From assembly GCA_964579435.1 (NCBI GenBank), contig CAZOGI010000010.1, positions 23,583-87,582 on the forward strand: a stretch of DNA of 64,000 nt. The letters are read 5' to 3'. The DNA is from an uncultured Planctomycetales bacterium (GTDB lineage: Bacteria > Omnitrophota > Gorgyraeia > Gygaellales > Profunditerraquicolaceae). Made by a program: the position numbers and the translations under genes. Below are positions 47,800-57,924 of the stretch, piece by piece. How positions within the stretch are numbered: position 1 is the stretch's first letter; each line of letters starts with the position of its first letter. The notes beneath the pieces are model-generated. The model saw only the letters and a list, made by a program, of their open reading frames with translations. It was not told the origin of the DNA and searched no databases.

Positions 47800-49704
47800 A
47801 TGCAAGGATACCCCATGACTGATCGCCGATTCAACCTTTTCATCAGCTTCGCCTGCCTGGCGCTCATCGCGCTCTCCTACGCCAACACTCTCAAGGCGGA
47901 TTTCCACTTCGACGATTTCGACAGCATCGTCAATGTCCCGGCGATCCGCAGCCTGACCAATTTCAAGGAGATATTCCGTCTCACCGAACGGCCGCTCGTC
48001 AACTACTCCTTCGCCGTCAACTACTTCTTCGGAAAACTCAACGTCACCGGATTCCATCTGGTCAATATCGGGCTCCACGCGCTCTGCACGCTGCTGGTCT
48101 TTTTCTTCCTGCGGGAATTGCTTGGCGTACCCCTGCTTAAGGAACGCTACAGCCAAAAGATTGGCCGGTGGCTCTCTGCGGGAAGCGCGTTTCTTTTTGC
48201 CGTCCATCCGGCCAGAGTGGAAGCGGTCACGTATATTACCGCCCGATCGGAGAGCATGGCGTCGGCTTTTTATCTGCTCTCCTGCCTTTGCTTCCTGAAA
48301 TCCCTCTCTGACATCAAGAGAGAGCGGCTCTTCCAAGCGGCGGCAATTGTAGCCAGCGCCATCGGCATGGCAACCAAGGAGATCGTCGCCACACTGCCGG
48401 CGTCCCTGCTGCTGCTCGATTATCTTTTTGTGTGCGCCGGGAATCCCGCCTGCCTGAAGAAACGCGCCCGGTTCCATGCCTCGATGTTCGCCACGATCGC
48501 CGTTACCGTTGCGCTGGTGCTCTATTCGGACAAATGGGGAGCAGCCGGACTGGGTAACCCGAACCTGCACACGCCCCTTCAACACGCCCTCAGTGGTTTG
48601 CGCGCGTACGTCTATTATCTGGCCCTTTTCATCTTTCCGGCACCCGGACGCCTTAACTTCGACACCGATTTTGCCCTCTCCCGCAGCTTCACCGAACCGC
48701 AGGTCCTCGGCGCAAGCCTCTTCATCGCCGCGGCACTTGTCTTGGCCCTGTACGAATCGCGCCGGTGCCCCTTGATCACCTTCGCGATCTTGTGGTATTT
48801 TCTCCTGCTTCTGCCGACCACCAGCTTCATTCCGATCGAAGACCTCGTCTATGAGCGCAGGATGTATCTGGCCGCGCTCGGGCCCGGGCTCATCACGCTC
48901 CTTGCCCTCGGGCCGCTTCCCCGACGCCTGCGCATCGGCATTCTGGCGCTGACAGTCGGGATCCTCTCCCTGTGGACCATCCAGCGCAACGCCATCTGGC
49001 GAACCGAATTCTCCCTCCTGAGCGATTCGCTCAAAAAATCTCCGTACAAAACCCGCACGCTTACGAATATGGGCATGTTTTACCTCACCAAACAACAGGA
49101 CTTAGCTGCTGCCCGCTCCTACCTTGCCAGGGCCTTGCACTACAACCCGGATGCGGCAAACAGCCTGCTGAATATGGGCGTGGTGCAGCTGTTGGAGAAC
49201 AATCTGTCCGGGGCAGAACAACTTTTCCGTAAATTGCTTTATCTCTTTCCGGACGCAACCGCCGGCTATGTCAACCTGGCGACCGTATACCGCCGCTCCG
49301 GCCGGCTCCGGGAAGCAGAAGAGCTTCTACGAACCGCAATCACCATCGAACCTTCCTTCGCGGAAGCGTACGGGAATCTGGGCGTTATTCTGGCAAGCAA
49401 AAGAGAATTTGAGGAAGCCGAAAAGGCGCTTATTAAATCAATCGCTCTGAATCCCGATCTGCCTGAGCCGCACCATAGCCTGGGGCTCATCTATCAGAAG
49501 AGGGGTGACCATAAAAACGCTATCACTCAATTCCAGAGAGCCGTCACTTTGCAGCCTCAATTTTCAAAGGCTCTTTACAGCATGGGCATCTCGTACCTGG
49601 CGCTTGGAGATAAAGAAAAAGCAGAGGAGACGTATGCGAAGCTCCTGAAAATCAATCTTGATCTGGCGCTAAACTTGTTGTCCAGGATTGAGTTAAGACT
49701 TTAG
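47800..49704 (+). CDS. TMTC-like DUF1736/GT-C membrane domain plus TPR repeats (third paralog)
   Basis: DFHFDDFDSIVNVPAIRS...PLVNYSFAVNY...GFHLVNIGLHAL parallels 34685-37456. C-terminal TPR repeats. The ORF opens at 47749; probable start is ATG 47800. Confidence 0.65.
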   Translation: MQGYPMTDRRFNLFISFACLALIALSYANTLKADFHFDDFDSIVNVPAIRSLTNFKEIFRLTERPLVNYSFAVNYFFGKLNVTGFHLVNIGLHALCTLLVFFFLRELLGVPLLKERYSQKIGRWLSAGSAFLFAVHPARVEAVTYITARSESMASAFYLLSCLCFLKSLSDIKRERLFQAAAIVASAIGMATKEIVATLPASLLLLDYLFVCAGNPACLKKRARFHASMFATIAVTVALVLYSDKWGAAGLGNPNLHTPLQHALSGLRAYVYYLALFIFPAPGRLNFDTDFALSRSFTEPQVLGASLFIAAALVLALYESRRCPLITFAILWYFLLLLPTTSFIPIEDLVYERRMYLAALGPGLITLLALGPLPRRLRIGILALTVGILSLWTIQRNAIWRTEFSLLSDSLKKSPYKTRTLTNMGMFYLTKQQDLAAARSYLARALHYNPDAANSLLNMGVVQLLENNLSGAEQLFRKLLYLFPDATAGYVNLATVYRRSGRLREAEELLRTAITIEPSFAEAYGNLGVILASKREFEEAEKALIKSIALNPDLPEPHHSLGLIYQKRGDHKNAITQFQRAVTLQPQFSKALYSMGISYLALGDKEKAEETYAKLLKINLDLALNLLSRIELRL

Positions 49705-49808
49705 TGAGGAGTGAGGAGTTAGGAGTTTGGAGTTTGGAGCTATGCTTTTAGTTCGTATTTTCTCCCAACTCCTAACTCCCTACCCCCAACTCCCTACTCC
49801 CAACTCCC
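49704..49808. repeat. Inverted arrays of heptamer repeats forming a long imperfect hairpin
   Basis: Left arm (GTGAGGA)2 GTTAGGA (GTTTGGA)2 at 49704-49739. Right arm (TCCCAAC/TCCTAAC/TCCCTAC)x6 at 49763-49808. The arms are mutually complementary with a roughly 23-nt loop. Lies immediately after the stop at 49702-49704. Confidence 0.7.
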
Positions 49809-49950
49809 GAATCACCTTGCCGCCTAAAATGAGCGATGGCATACTTTATAATAGGTAAGAAGATCGGCAACAAAAACCATGACACCAGAGACAAGAAAAC
49901 AAAAAAGAAAGTGACTCTTGAGAATAAAATAATATAATAATAGTTAAGCC
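49809..49950. promoter_or_regulatory. AT-rich promoter/leader region of the giant gene
   Basis: About 65-70% AT in a 63% GC background. TTTATAATAGG -10-like element. AT-rich tract TAAAATAATATAATAATAGTTAAGCC directly before ATG 49951. Confidence 0.45.
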
Positions 49951-52900
49951 ATGAAGAGCTTACCGACAAAGAAATTTTTCCGCACTTTTCTCATCCTGGG
50001 GATAACGACGCTCCTGTGCGCAACCCCGCATGCCCTTGCCGCAACCCGTTTCTATTTCGACGCCTCAACCGCAGCAGATGTCACTGCCTCCTATGACGCC
50101 GGCTGGGAATACCAATCCGAGGCAGGCCGCTACAAACTCAACAGGACCAAAGGCTCCTCCGCAATAACCATCGGCACCCAGATCGGCCCCTGGACCGCCG
50201 GCAGCGCCAACCAGGCCCTTGACCGCCAGTACATAAGCGATCCGATCGAAGCCCAGACCATAAGCGGCACGGTCAAAGGCCAGGTCATGTCGCGTGAATA
50301 CAACACCAGCGATAACGTGAACCGGATGTACATCACGGTCAAAGTCGTCTCCAACGACGGTTCCAGCGTGCGGGGGACACTCCTTGCCCTCAATACCTAT
50401 TACACGAATGCCGAACTGATCAGCAACGTAACCCACCGCAACGCCATCCTTGCCAATTCCGACACCGTCACCAACGTCACCGCGCAGCAGGGCGACCGCA
50501 TCCTCATCGAGATCGGCTTCGGCAGCTCGACAACCCAGACCACGCCCGAAGGCTCCTGCAAATGGGGGGAGAATGCATCCGACCTCCCGGAAAACGAAAC
50601 CCAAACAACCGACGGTGCGGGGTGGTTTGAGTTCTCCGCGGATATCACTTTCTATACTCCGCCCAAACCGCAATTCACCCAGAAAGCCTACCAGTGGGAG
50701 AATGACGATTCAACCTCAGGCGTCAACGCCAATTCACAGGCAGCCGAAGACAATACCGCCCTTACCGACGTGCGCATCGGACAGCGCCTCACCTGCAGGA
50801 TGCAGGTCGAGAACGACTCAACCGCCGCATCGAGCGACACCGTCTATCAGCTGCAGTGGGAGAACAACACCGATAACCCCGGGCGCTGGTTCCCGGTCGG
50901 CTACGGGACGCAGATCTCGTACGCAACCGGGCTCGCCGGCTTAAGCGGCGCCTCAACCGGCACCACCGCGCTCTGCGGAACCCCCACGTACACCATGGTC
51001 GCCGGCACCTGGCAGTCAGGGACGAGCCAGAACCCGCCCCACTCCATGGAGACGCAGCGAAGCGCGGAATTCTCTTTTGTCATCGACACCGCCAACGCAA
51101 AAGAAAATAAAGTCTATCGCCTGCGCCTCTTCGACAAAACAAACGCCCAGGCTTTCAATGCCTACACCGTCTATCCGCAGCTGACCACCGTCACCGCCGC
51201 CAACAACACCCTGCGCTACAGCAAAGAGCCACTCGATGCGGTGCAGAACACCTGGCGCATGGCCTCCTATCTGGACGAAACCGGCTATGACAACAGCGCC
51301 TCGGATAACTCGGTTTACGATTCGCTCCCCGCCCGGCGGCTTGCCCTTCGTGCGCAAGCCGACCTGACCTTTACCTCATTCGATGTTTCGCAATACCCGA
51401 CCTCGCAGATGGCCGTAGGCGTGGGAGACTTCAACAACGACGGCTACAACGACCTGCTCATGGGCGGCCAGCGCTACGCGACCTATGTCGGCCGGGCATA
51501 CCTTTATCTCGGCGGCAGCCCGATGGACAGCGTCTGTGACCTCACCATGCAGGCCGGTGCCCTCTACACCAATTCTTATTTCGGCTCCGCGGTCGCGGTC
51601 GGAGATATCAACAACGACAGTTTCGACGACGCCGTGGTCGGCAACTGGGGGTATTACCGTATGTACCTCTACTACGGCTCCACGACCATGAACAACGTCA
51701 TCGACATGACCTTTACCGGCGAAGCGACGAGCGACTACTACGGCTATTCGATCGGCATCAACGACGTCAACGGCGACAGCTTCAAGGATATCGTCACCAA
51801 CGCCCAGTGGTGGAATAACGGCCAGGGAAGACTCTACGTCTATTACGGCGGCACCACGATGAACAATGTTTGTGACCTGACGATAAACGGACAGGGAGGG
51901 GTGCACAACTATCCCGGGTTCGCCTGCGTCGTCGAAGACGTCAACAACGACAGTTTTGCCGACATACTCGTCAGCTCTCCCTACTACTACTATTCGGACA
52001 TGCGCGGCAGGGCATGGCTCTGGTACGGCGGAAACCCGATGGATGCCACCTGCGACAAGACCTTTACCGGAGAGACAACGGGCTCCTATTTCGGCGCTTC
52101 GGGATTATCGATCGGCGAAGTCAATAACGACGGCTTTAAGGACATCCTTATCGGAGCCTACGTCTACAGCTCCACGAAGGGCCGATCGTATCTTTTTTAT
52201 GGAGCGACCGGCACGAGCATGGATATAACCGCTGACAAAACCATCACCGGGAACGCGGGAGACTATCAGGGACAGGGAGAGCAGATCGTCGACGTCAATA
52301 ACGACGACTACGCTGACCTGGTCATCGGCGCCGATGCCTTCGGCAACAGCAGGGGAGTGGTCAAGATTTACTACGGCGGCGCCGACATGGACATCGTCGA
52401 AGACCTCAGCATCGCCACGGGCCAGACAGGCAACTATTTTTCCCAATCGGTCAATACGGGCGACCTGAACAACGACGGGGCCGCTGACCTGATCATCGGA
52501 GCCAACAGCTATCCGAGCCTCACCTACCAGGGCCGCGCCTGGGTTTATTACACCAAACCCCTCTTTGCCCCAACCCAGATCTTCGCCAAAAAGAACACCA
52601 ACAACACCGATTACATCGCCTTTGCCTGGAAAGGCAAAACCGACATGGCCGCAACTTCCGACAACATCATCGTCGAGGCTGCCCAGCAGACGGCGATGGA
52701 TGGCACTAACGACGAGACATTCACCGGAGAAGCGGGGAGCAATTTTTTCAGCAACTGTATCGCGCTTGCCGATTTCAACAACGACCATTACCAGGACCTG
52801 GTGCTGGGCGCCGACGGCTACAACAGCAACCAGGGCCGCGCCTATCTCTACTACGGCGGCACCGGCATAGTCGACACCGCCGCGGCACTTACGTTTAATT

Positions 52901-55900
52901 GTCCGGACACCGGCACCAATTATTTTGCGGGAGGCGGCTGGACCGTATCAACCGGGGACGTAAACGGGGACCTTTATGCCGACCTGCTCCTGGGGGCCGT
53001 CGGCTATAACACGAACATGGGCCGGGCTTTCCTGTACTTAAGCAAGCGCTTCGGCCTCATGGACGGCAGCCCTGACCTGACGCTCACCAGCCCGGCGACC
53101 GGCACAAACTCTTTCGGCAGGAACGCCGTCGGAGACGTCAACGGCGACGGTTTTGCCGATATGCTTATCGGTGCGCCCAGCTACGACACCAATAGGGGCC
53201 GGGTATACCTCTACTACGGCGCCTCAACTCCCGACGCCACTGCTGACCTGGTCCTCGCCGGCGAGACAACCGGAACCTATTTCGGCGACCGGATTGCGGT
53301 CAGTGACGTGAACGGCGATTATTTCTCGGACGTGCTGGTTATGGCTTATGCCTATGCCTCGACCCGCGGCAGGGCATACCTCTATTACGGCGGCACGACC
53401 ATGGATGCCACCTGTGACAAGACCTTTACCGGAGAAGCATCAAACACCAATTTCGGCCGCAGCGGCGGCATCGGCGATATCGATAACGACGGCTACGGCG
53501 ACGTCGTCATCGGGGCCAACCTGTACGCAACAAGCAGCGGCCGCGCCTATCTGTTCTGGGGCGCCACCAACATGGATGTCACCTGCGACAAAACCTTCAC
53601 CGGCGAAACAGCAAGCATACAGTTCGGCCAGGATGTCAGCATTTCCGACCTCAACGCCGACTCCTACGGGGATCTGGTCGTCACCGCCTACACCTGGAAC
53701 ACCAGCCAGGGCCGCGCCTATGTCTACAAAGGCGCCAGCCAGGCCTCCTTTGATACGACCTGTGACCTCACCTTAAGCGGCCTCACCACTACCGACAACT
53801 ACGGACGGGCCGCCCGCTCAGGCGATGTCAACAACGACGGATTCGCCGACCTGGTCGTCGGCGCCTACAATTACAACAGCGGACGCGGCCGGGCGTACCT
53901 CTATTACGGCGATACCGTCTCCTGGGTGACCCAGGCAACCGAAAGTTCCCTGGCAGCAGACACCCCCGGATGGATATACGCGTTCATCGATACCGACCCG
54001 AACCTCTATTACACGCCGGATAACTGGACGTATTGGCGGGTCTATCAGGCTCCGGGACAAGATACCAAAATTCTGGATATCGATTACGTGCAGTTCGACT
54101 TCCAGGCAACGGCGGTCAAGCTCATCTCTTTCTGGGCATTCGGCAAGGACGAAGAGGTCCAGGTCAGATGGGAAACCGCCTCTGAATCGCAGAACCTGGG
54201 CTTCAACCTCTACCGCTCGACATCCTCCGACGGAACTTACACCAAGATAAACGCAGGGATCATCTCCGGCCTCGGCAGCTCGCTGACCGGCAAAGAATAC
54301 TCCTTTACCGACGCCGATGTCTCAAACGGCCGCACCTACTACTACAAGCTGGAATCGATCGAGTTCACCGGCACCCGCGTCATGCACGGCCCCATCGAAG
54401 CGCATCCCGGGCTCGATGCCGACTCAGACGGCATGAGCGACGACTGGGAGGCGCATTACGGGCTCAACAGCGCTGACGCCTCGGACGCAGGGGCAGACCG
54501 CGACAGCGACGGACTGACGAATCTGCAGGAATACACCCTGGGCACCGACCCGACCCGCTCGGGCCAGGTAAGCGCAGGCGCAAGCGGCAGCGGCGGGCTC
54601 ACCGTCGTCTCCAGCGACTCAACCGGCATCACCCTGGAACTGCGCACCCCCGGGATCGAAAGCCGCACCGTCACCGTCAACAAACAAGCGTATCAATCCC
54701 TGAGCATCCCTGCCTATGCGCACGGCTATACGGCCATAAGCGCAAGCGCGCGCATGCCGGTCAAGCCGGTGATGCTTGCCCTGCCGCCCAATGCCGGCTG
54801 TTCCGTAGAAATCCTCAGCGAAGAGACGGAGATCTTCAGTAATTATACGGTAGAGCCGGTTACCACCTACACCCTGGAAGCGGATGCCAACGAAGAAGCG
54901 CTGCAATCGGGAGGCTTCGGCAAAACAGGACCGCTCGAGATAACGGTCGATCCGGCCGCGATCAACACCGTCTTCTATCAGCAGGACAGCAGCTATCCCG
55001 GGGAGCGCGCCGAGGTCGAATGGGTGGGAGATCTGCGCTCTCAGCGTATCGCCTGCCTGCGCCTGGCGCCGCTGCGCTTCAACCCGGCAAAGAAGGAGCT
55101 GACGATCTCCAAAGTCCTGCGCGTGCGGGTCACCTTTACCCAGGGAGGCGCTGCATCGGGAAACTGGCAGCTCTCCGAAACGGCCAAAAACGCGCGCATC
55201 AAGATCAAAACCGAAGGAGGCGGCATCCGCCGGCTTACCTGGACCGACCTGTATAACGCCGGCCTCACCGACGTGATCTGGTCCGACCCGCGACTCCTTT
55301 CCATGACCAACCTCGGCACGGAAATCGCTATCCGCGTCAAAGGCGAAGAGGACGGGATCTTCAATTTCGACGATTACGTGGAATTTTACGCCCGGGAAAT
55401 ACCGGCGCATTACGATGGATCGAGCCCCTACGCCGCGTATGCAAAATACTCTCCCCACAATGTTTACTTTTTGGGCTTTGGATCCTCCAACGGCAAACGC
55501 ATGGAGACGCGCGAAAGCAGCGCCAATGAAGGAAGCGTCTCGCCCGCGCGCTTCCGCCACACCGCCACCTTCGAGCAGAACGATTTTTACTGGAGCACCC
55601 GGGCGGGAGGGGAGCACGCAGACCGCTGGTTCTGGTCGCCTGCCCTCTGGGAAGACACGAGCCAGGAATACGCGCTGAACCTGCCCCATGTCGATGTCGA
55701 CAGCGCCGCCGAGACGGCAAGCGTCTCTTTGGTGTACTACCCGCTCCTGTACCTGCCGCAGCCCAGCGAAACCGCCAAAGCGACCGTCGCCCACGAAACA
55801 AGCGCAACCCTCAACGGCGTCTCCCTCGGCAGTGACACCTGGCAGGGCATGCAGGAACGCACCATCGAGGCGGAAATCGCACACGCCAGCCTTATTACCG

Positions 55901-57924
55901 GAAGCAACACCCTCAAGCTCGCGCACAAGAAAGTATCGCCTGCCGAGCACGACGCTCTTATCGCCAATTATTGCACGATCACCTACTGGCACACATTTGA
56001 GGCGGATTCGGACGCGCTCTCCTTCTCCTGCGCGAGCGAAACAGGGGACACCGCCGCATTCACGGTCACCGGCCTGACGACCCAGGAATGCTCTGCTTAC
56101 GATATTACCGATCCTGCCCAGCCGGTCGCCTTTTCCGGGCTCTCCGCGGTTTTCGACCCCGGAACCAACACCTACTGCGTTTCCTTCAAAGACGATATCC
56201 CGGCGGCGCAGGAGCGCCGTTATCTGGTGCTGGCCGACGCGCAAAAGACAGCCCCCGCGGCCCTTTCCTTCGTTGCCGCGCCGGCGCTTGACCTGAGCCT
56301 CGCCGGCAACCACGCCGATTACCTGATCATCACTCATTCCTCTTTTTCGGACGCCCTGGAGCCCCTCAAAAACCTGCACACCGCCCAGGCACTCGACGTG
56401 CAGATCATCGACATCGAAGATATCTATAACGCCTTCGCGTACGGGTTCCCGACGCCGCAGGCGGTCAAGGACTTCGTCAGCTACGCCTACGCGAACTGGA
56501 AAGGGCTCTGCCAAAAAACCTCGCCGCCCCGGGTCATGGCCCCGACGTACGTGCTCCTCGTCGGAGACGCCCACTACGATTACCGCGACAATCTCGGGAC
56601 CGGGCGCAGCATCTATGTGCCGACCTACCTCATTGCGGATCAACCCAATATCGGCGAGACCGCATCCGACAACTGGTTCGCCTGCATGGGGGGACAGGAG
56701 GATACCCTTGCGGATCTCTTTATCGGAAGGCTGCCGGTCAGGACAAACCAGGAGTGCCAGGCGGTAGTCTCCAAAACAATCGCCTACGCGGCACAGGAGG
56801 CCGGGGGAGCGTATACGCGGGCAACCTTCCTGGCCGATGTCGGCAGCGAATTCGAGCAGACCTGCGAGAGCCTCTCCGGCAAACTCTCCGCCGAAGTAAC
56901 CGGGCAAAAACTCTATTTGTCGGACTACCCCAGCGCCGCCTCGTTCGTCTCCGGACTCATCTCCTCCGTCAACAGCGGGACGCTCCTCTTGACCTATGTC
57001 GGCCACGCCGCAACCTATCTCTGGACCGCCGACGGCTCATTCGACACCGACTCCGTCGCCTCTCTGAACAACACCGCCGCCTTCCCGCTGGTCGTTTCCC
57101 TCGACTGCCTCGACGGCTACTTTATCAACCCCCAGGAACAGTACGAATCCCTCGCCGAGACCTTCCTGCGCAAATCCGGCTCCGGCGCCGTCGCCTGTTT
57201 CTCGCCCTCGGGCATGGGCATGCCGTCAAGCCATCTCATACTCGGCACCTATTTCTATAAAGCGCTCTTTGAGAGCGGCTCAACCCATCTGGGACAGGCG
57301 GCAACCGAAGCAAAACTCAATTATTTCGCCAGCACCGGCGCCGCCGGGCTGGACTTGGTGCATACCTATAACCTCTTGGGGGACCCGGCGCTCGCCCTGA
57401 AGATCCCGGCCGCTGCGTCCCAGACCGGCCAGACCGCCGTGACGACGACTGCCGCCGCGACAACTCAAACCGCAACAGAATCGGAATCCGCAACGACAAC
57501 GAGCGCGGAAACAGACGCCTTTACCTCGATCCTCGGCTCGGCGCTGGCCAACGTTGAAGAAGGCAAGAAATGGCGCGACGAAACCAAACAGGCCAAAGAC
57601 CCCCAGGACCCGGCAGAAACATCCGCGGAACCGCAGGGCGTCCTCGCGAAACTGCCGATCCCCAGGATCATCAAAGAGATCGTCAAGAAACAGAAGACGG
57701 CGCTGACGCAGCCAGCCGGCCAACCCGCGGCAACCGGTCTCACCCATGCGGATACCGCGCCGGAGGGAAGCGAATACGCTCAAGACGCAACAGTCCCGGA
57801 GCGTTCATCCGCCGTGCAGCAGAAATCCCCGCGCACGAATATCCTGCGCACCGTCATCGAAACAGTCTGGAAAGCTGTAGTCACCTTCTTCAAAAAACTC
57901 CTGGCCCTGATCCTGGGTAAATGA
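49951..57924 (+). CDS. Giant secreted multidomain protein: signal peptide, N-terminal beta-sandwich region, 14 FG-GAP (integrin-alpha-type) repeats, Asp-rich Ca-binding motif, peptidase C25 (gingipain-like) domain, Thr-rich linker, basic amphipathic C-terminus
   Basis: MKSLPTKKFFRTFLILGITTLLCATPHALA signal peptide. 14 copies of the [GD]D[VI]N[NG]D[GS][FY]xD[LV][LV][IV]G...GRAYLYYGG periodicity. DADSDGMSDDW...DRDSDGLTNLQEY TSP3-like motif. C25-like block HADYLIITHSSF...LDVQIIDIEDIYN...YVLLVGDAHYDY...TYVGHAATYLW...VSLDCLDGYF with His and Cys about 34 residues apart. Confidence 0.8.
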   Translation: MKSLPTKKFFRTFLILGITTLLCATPHALAATRFYFDASTAADVTASYDAGWEYQSEAGRYKLNRTKGSSAITIGTQIGPWTAGSANQALDRQYISDPIEAQTISGTVKGQVMSREYNTSDNVNRMYITVKVVSNDGSSVRGTLLALNTYYTNAELISNVTHRNAILANSDTVTNVTAQQGDRILIEIGFGSSTTQTTPEGSCKWGENASDLPENETQTTDGAGWFEFSADITFYTPPKPQFTQKAYQWENDDSTSGVNANSQAAEDNTALTDVRIGQRLTCRMQVENDSTAASSDTVYQLQWENNTDNPGRWFPVGYGTQISYATGLAGLSGASTGTTALCGTPTYTMVAGTWQSGTSQNPPHSMETQRSAEFSFVIDTANAKENKVYRLRLFDKTNAQAFNAYTVYPQLTTVTAANNTLRYSKEPLDAVQNTWRMASYLDETGYDNSASDNSVYDSLPARRLALRAQADLTFTSFDVSQYPTSQMAVGVGDFNNDGYNDLLMGGQRYATYVGRAYLYLGGSPMDSVCDLTMQAGALYTNSYFGSAVAVGDINNDSFDDAVVGNWGYYRMYLYYGSTTMNNVIDMTFTGEATSDYYGYSIGINDVNGDSFKDIVTNAQWWNNGQGRLYVYYGGTTMNNVCDLTINGQGGVHNYPGFACVVEDVNNDSFADILVSSPYYYYSDMRGRAWLWYGGNPMDATCDKTFTGETTGSYFGASGLSIGEVNNDGFKDILIGAYVYSSTKGRSYLFYGATGTSMDITADKTITGNAGDYQGQGEQIVDVNNDDYADLVIGADAFGNSRGVVKIYYGGADMDIVEDLSIATGQTGNYFSQSVNTGDLNNDGAADLIIGANSYPSLTYQGRAWVYYTKPLFAPTQIFAKKNTNNTDYIAFAWKGKTDMAATSDNIIVEAAQQTAMDGTNDETFTGEAGSNFFSNCIALADFNNDHYQDLVLGADGYNSNQGRAYLYYGGTGIVDTAAALTFNCPDTGTNYFAGGGWTVSTGDVNGDLYADLLLGAVGYNTNMGRAFLYLSKRFGLMDGSPDLTLTSPATGTNSFGRNAVGDVNGDGFADMLIGAPSYDTNRGRVYLYYGASTPDATADLVLAGETTGTYFGDRIAVSDVNGDYFSDVLVMAYAYASTRGRAYLYYGGTTMDATCDKTFTGEASNTNFGRSGGIGDIDNDGYGDVVIGANLYATSSGRAYLFWGATNMDVTCDKTFTGETASIQFGQDVSISDLNADSYGDLVVTAYTWNTSQGRAYVYKGASQASFDTTCDLTLSGLTTTDNYGRAARSGDVNNDGFADLVVGAYNYNSGRGRAYLYYGDTVSWVTQATESSLAADTPGWIYAFIDTDPNLYYTPDNWTYWRVYQAPGQDTKILDIDYVQFDFQATAVKLISFWAFGKDEEVQVRWETASESQNLGFNLYRSTSSDGTYTKINAGIISGLGSSLTGKEYSFTDADVSNGRTYYYKLESIEFTGTRVMHGPIEAHPGLDADSDGMSDDWEAHYGLNSADASDAGADRDSDGLTNLQEYTLGTDPTRSGQVSAGASGSGGLTVVSSDSTGITLELRTPGIESRTVTVNKQAYQSLSIPAYAHGYTAISASARMPVKPVMLALPPNAGCSVEILSEETEIFSNYTVEPVTTYTLEADANEEALQSGGFGKTGPLEITVDPAAINTVFYQQDSSYPGERAEVEWVGDLRSQRIACLRLAPLRFNPAKKELTISKVLRVRVTFTQGGAASGNWQLSETAKNARIKIKTEGGGIRRLTWTDLYNAGLTDVIWSDPRLLSMTNLGTEIAIRVKGEEDGIFNFDDYVEFYAREIPAHYDGSSPYAAYAKYSPHNVYFLGFGSSNGKRMETRESSANEGSVSPARFRHTATFEQNDFYWSTRAGGEHADRWFWSPALWEDTSQEYALNLPHVDVDSAAETASVSLVYYPLLYLPQPSETAKATVAHETSATLNGVSLGSDTWQGMQERTIEAEIAHASLITGSNTLKLAHKKVSPAEHDALIANYCTITYWHTFEADSDALSFSCASETGDTAAFTVTGLTTQECSAYDITDPAQPVAFSGLSAVFDPGTNTYCVSFKDDIPAAQERRYLVLADAQKTAPAALSFVAAPALDLSLAGNHADYLIITHSSFSDALEPLKNLHTAQALDVQIIDIEDIYNAFAYGFPTPQAVKDFVSYAYANWKGLCQKTSPPRVMAPTYVLLVGDAHYDYRDNLGTGRSIYVPTYLIADQPNIGETASDNWFACMGGQEDTLADLFIGRLPVRTNQECQAVVSKTIAYAAQEAGGAYTRATFLADVGSEFEQTCESLSGKLSAEVTGQKLYLSDYPSAASFVSGLISSVNSGTLLLTYVGHAATYLWTADGSFDTDSVASLNNTAAFPLVVSLDCLDGYFINPQEQYESLAETFLRKSGSGAVACFSPSGMGMPSSHLILGTYFYKALFESGSTHLGQAATEAKLNYFASTGAAGLDLVHTYNLLGDPALALKIPAAASQTGQTAVTTTAAATTQTATESESATTTSAETDAFTSILGSALANVEEGKKWRDETKQAKDPQDPAETSAEPQGVLAKLPIPRIIKEIVKKQKTALTQPAGQPAATGLTHADTAPEGSEYAQDATVPERSSAVQQKSPRTNILRTVIETVWKAVVTFFKKLLALILGK

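Noticed and set aside
49772-49969. 65-aa minus-strand ORF in the AT-rich region upstream of the giant gene
   Set aside because: It lies across the heptamer hairpin and promoter region, has a low-complexity product, and is most likely spurious.
54619-57006. 795-aa minus-strand ORF inside the giant gene
   Set aside because: Same antisense high-GC artefact pattern. The + strand frame encodes recognisable C25 and FG-GAP motifs.
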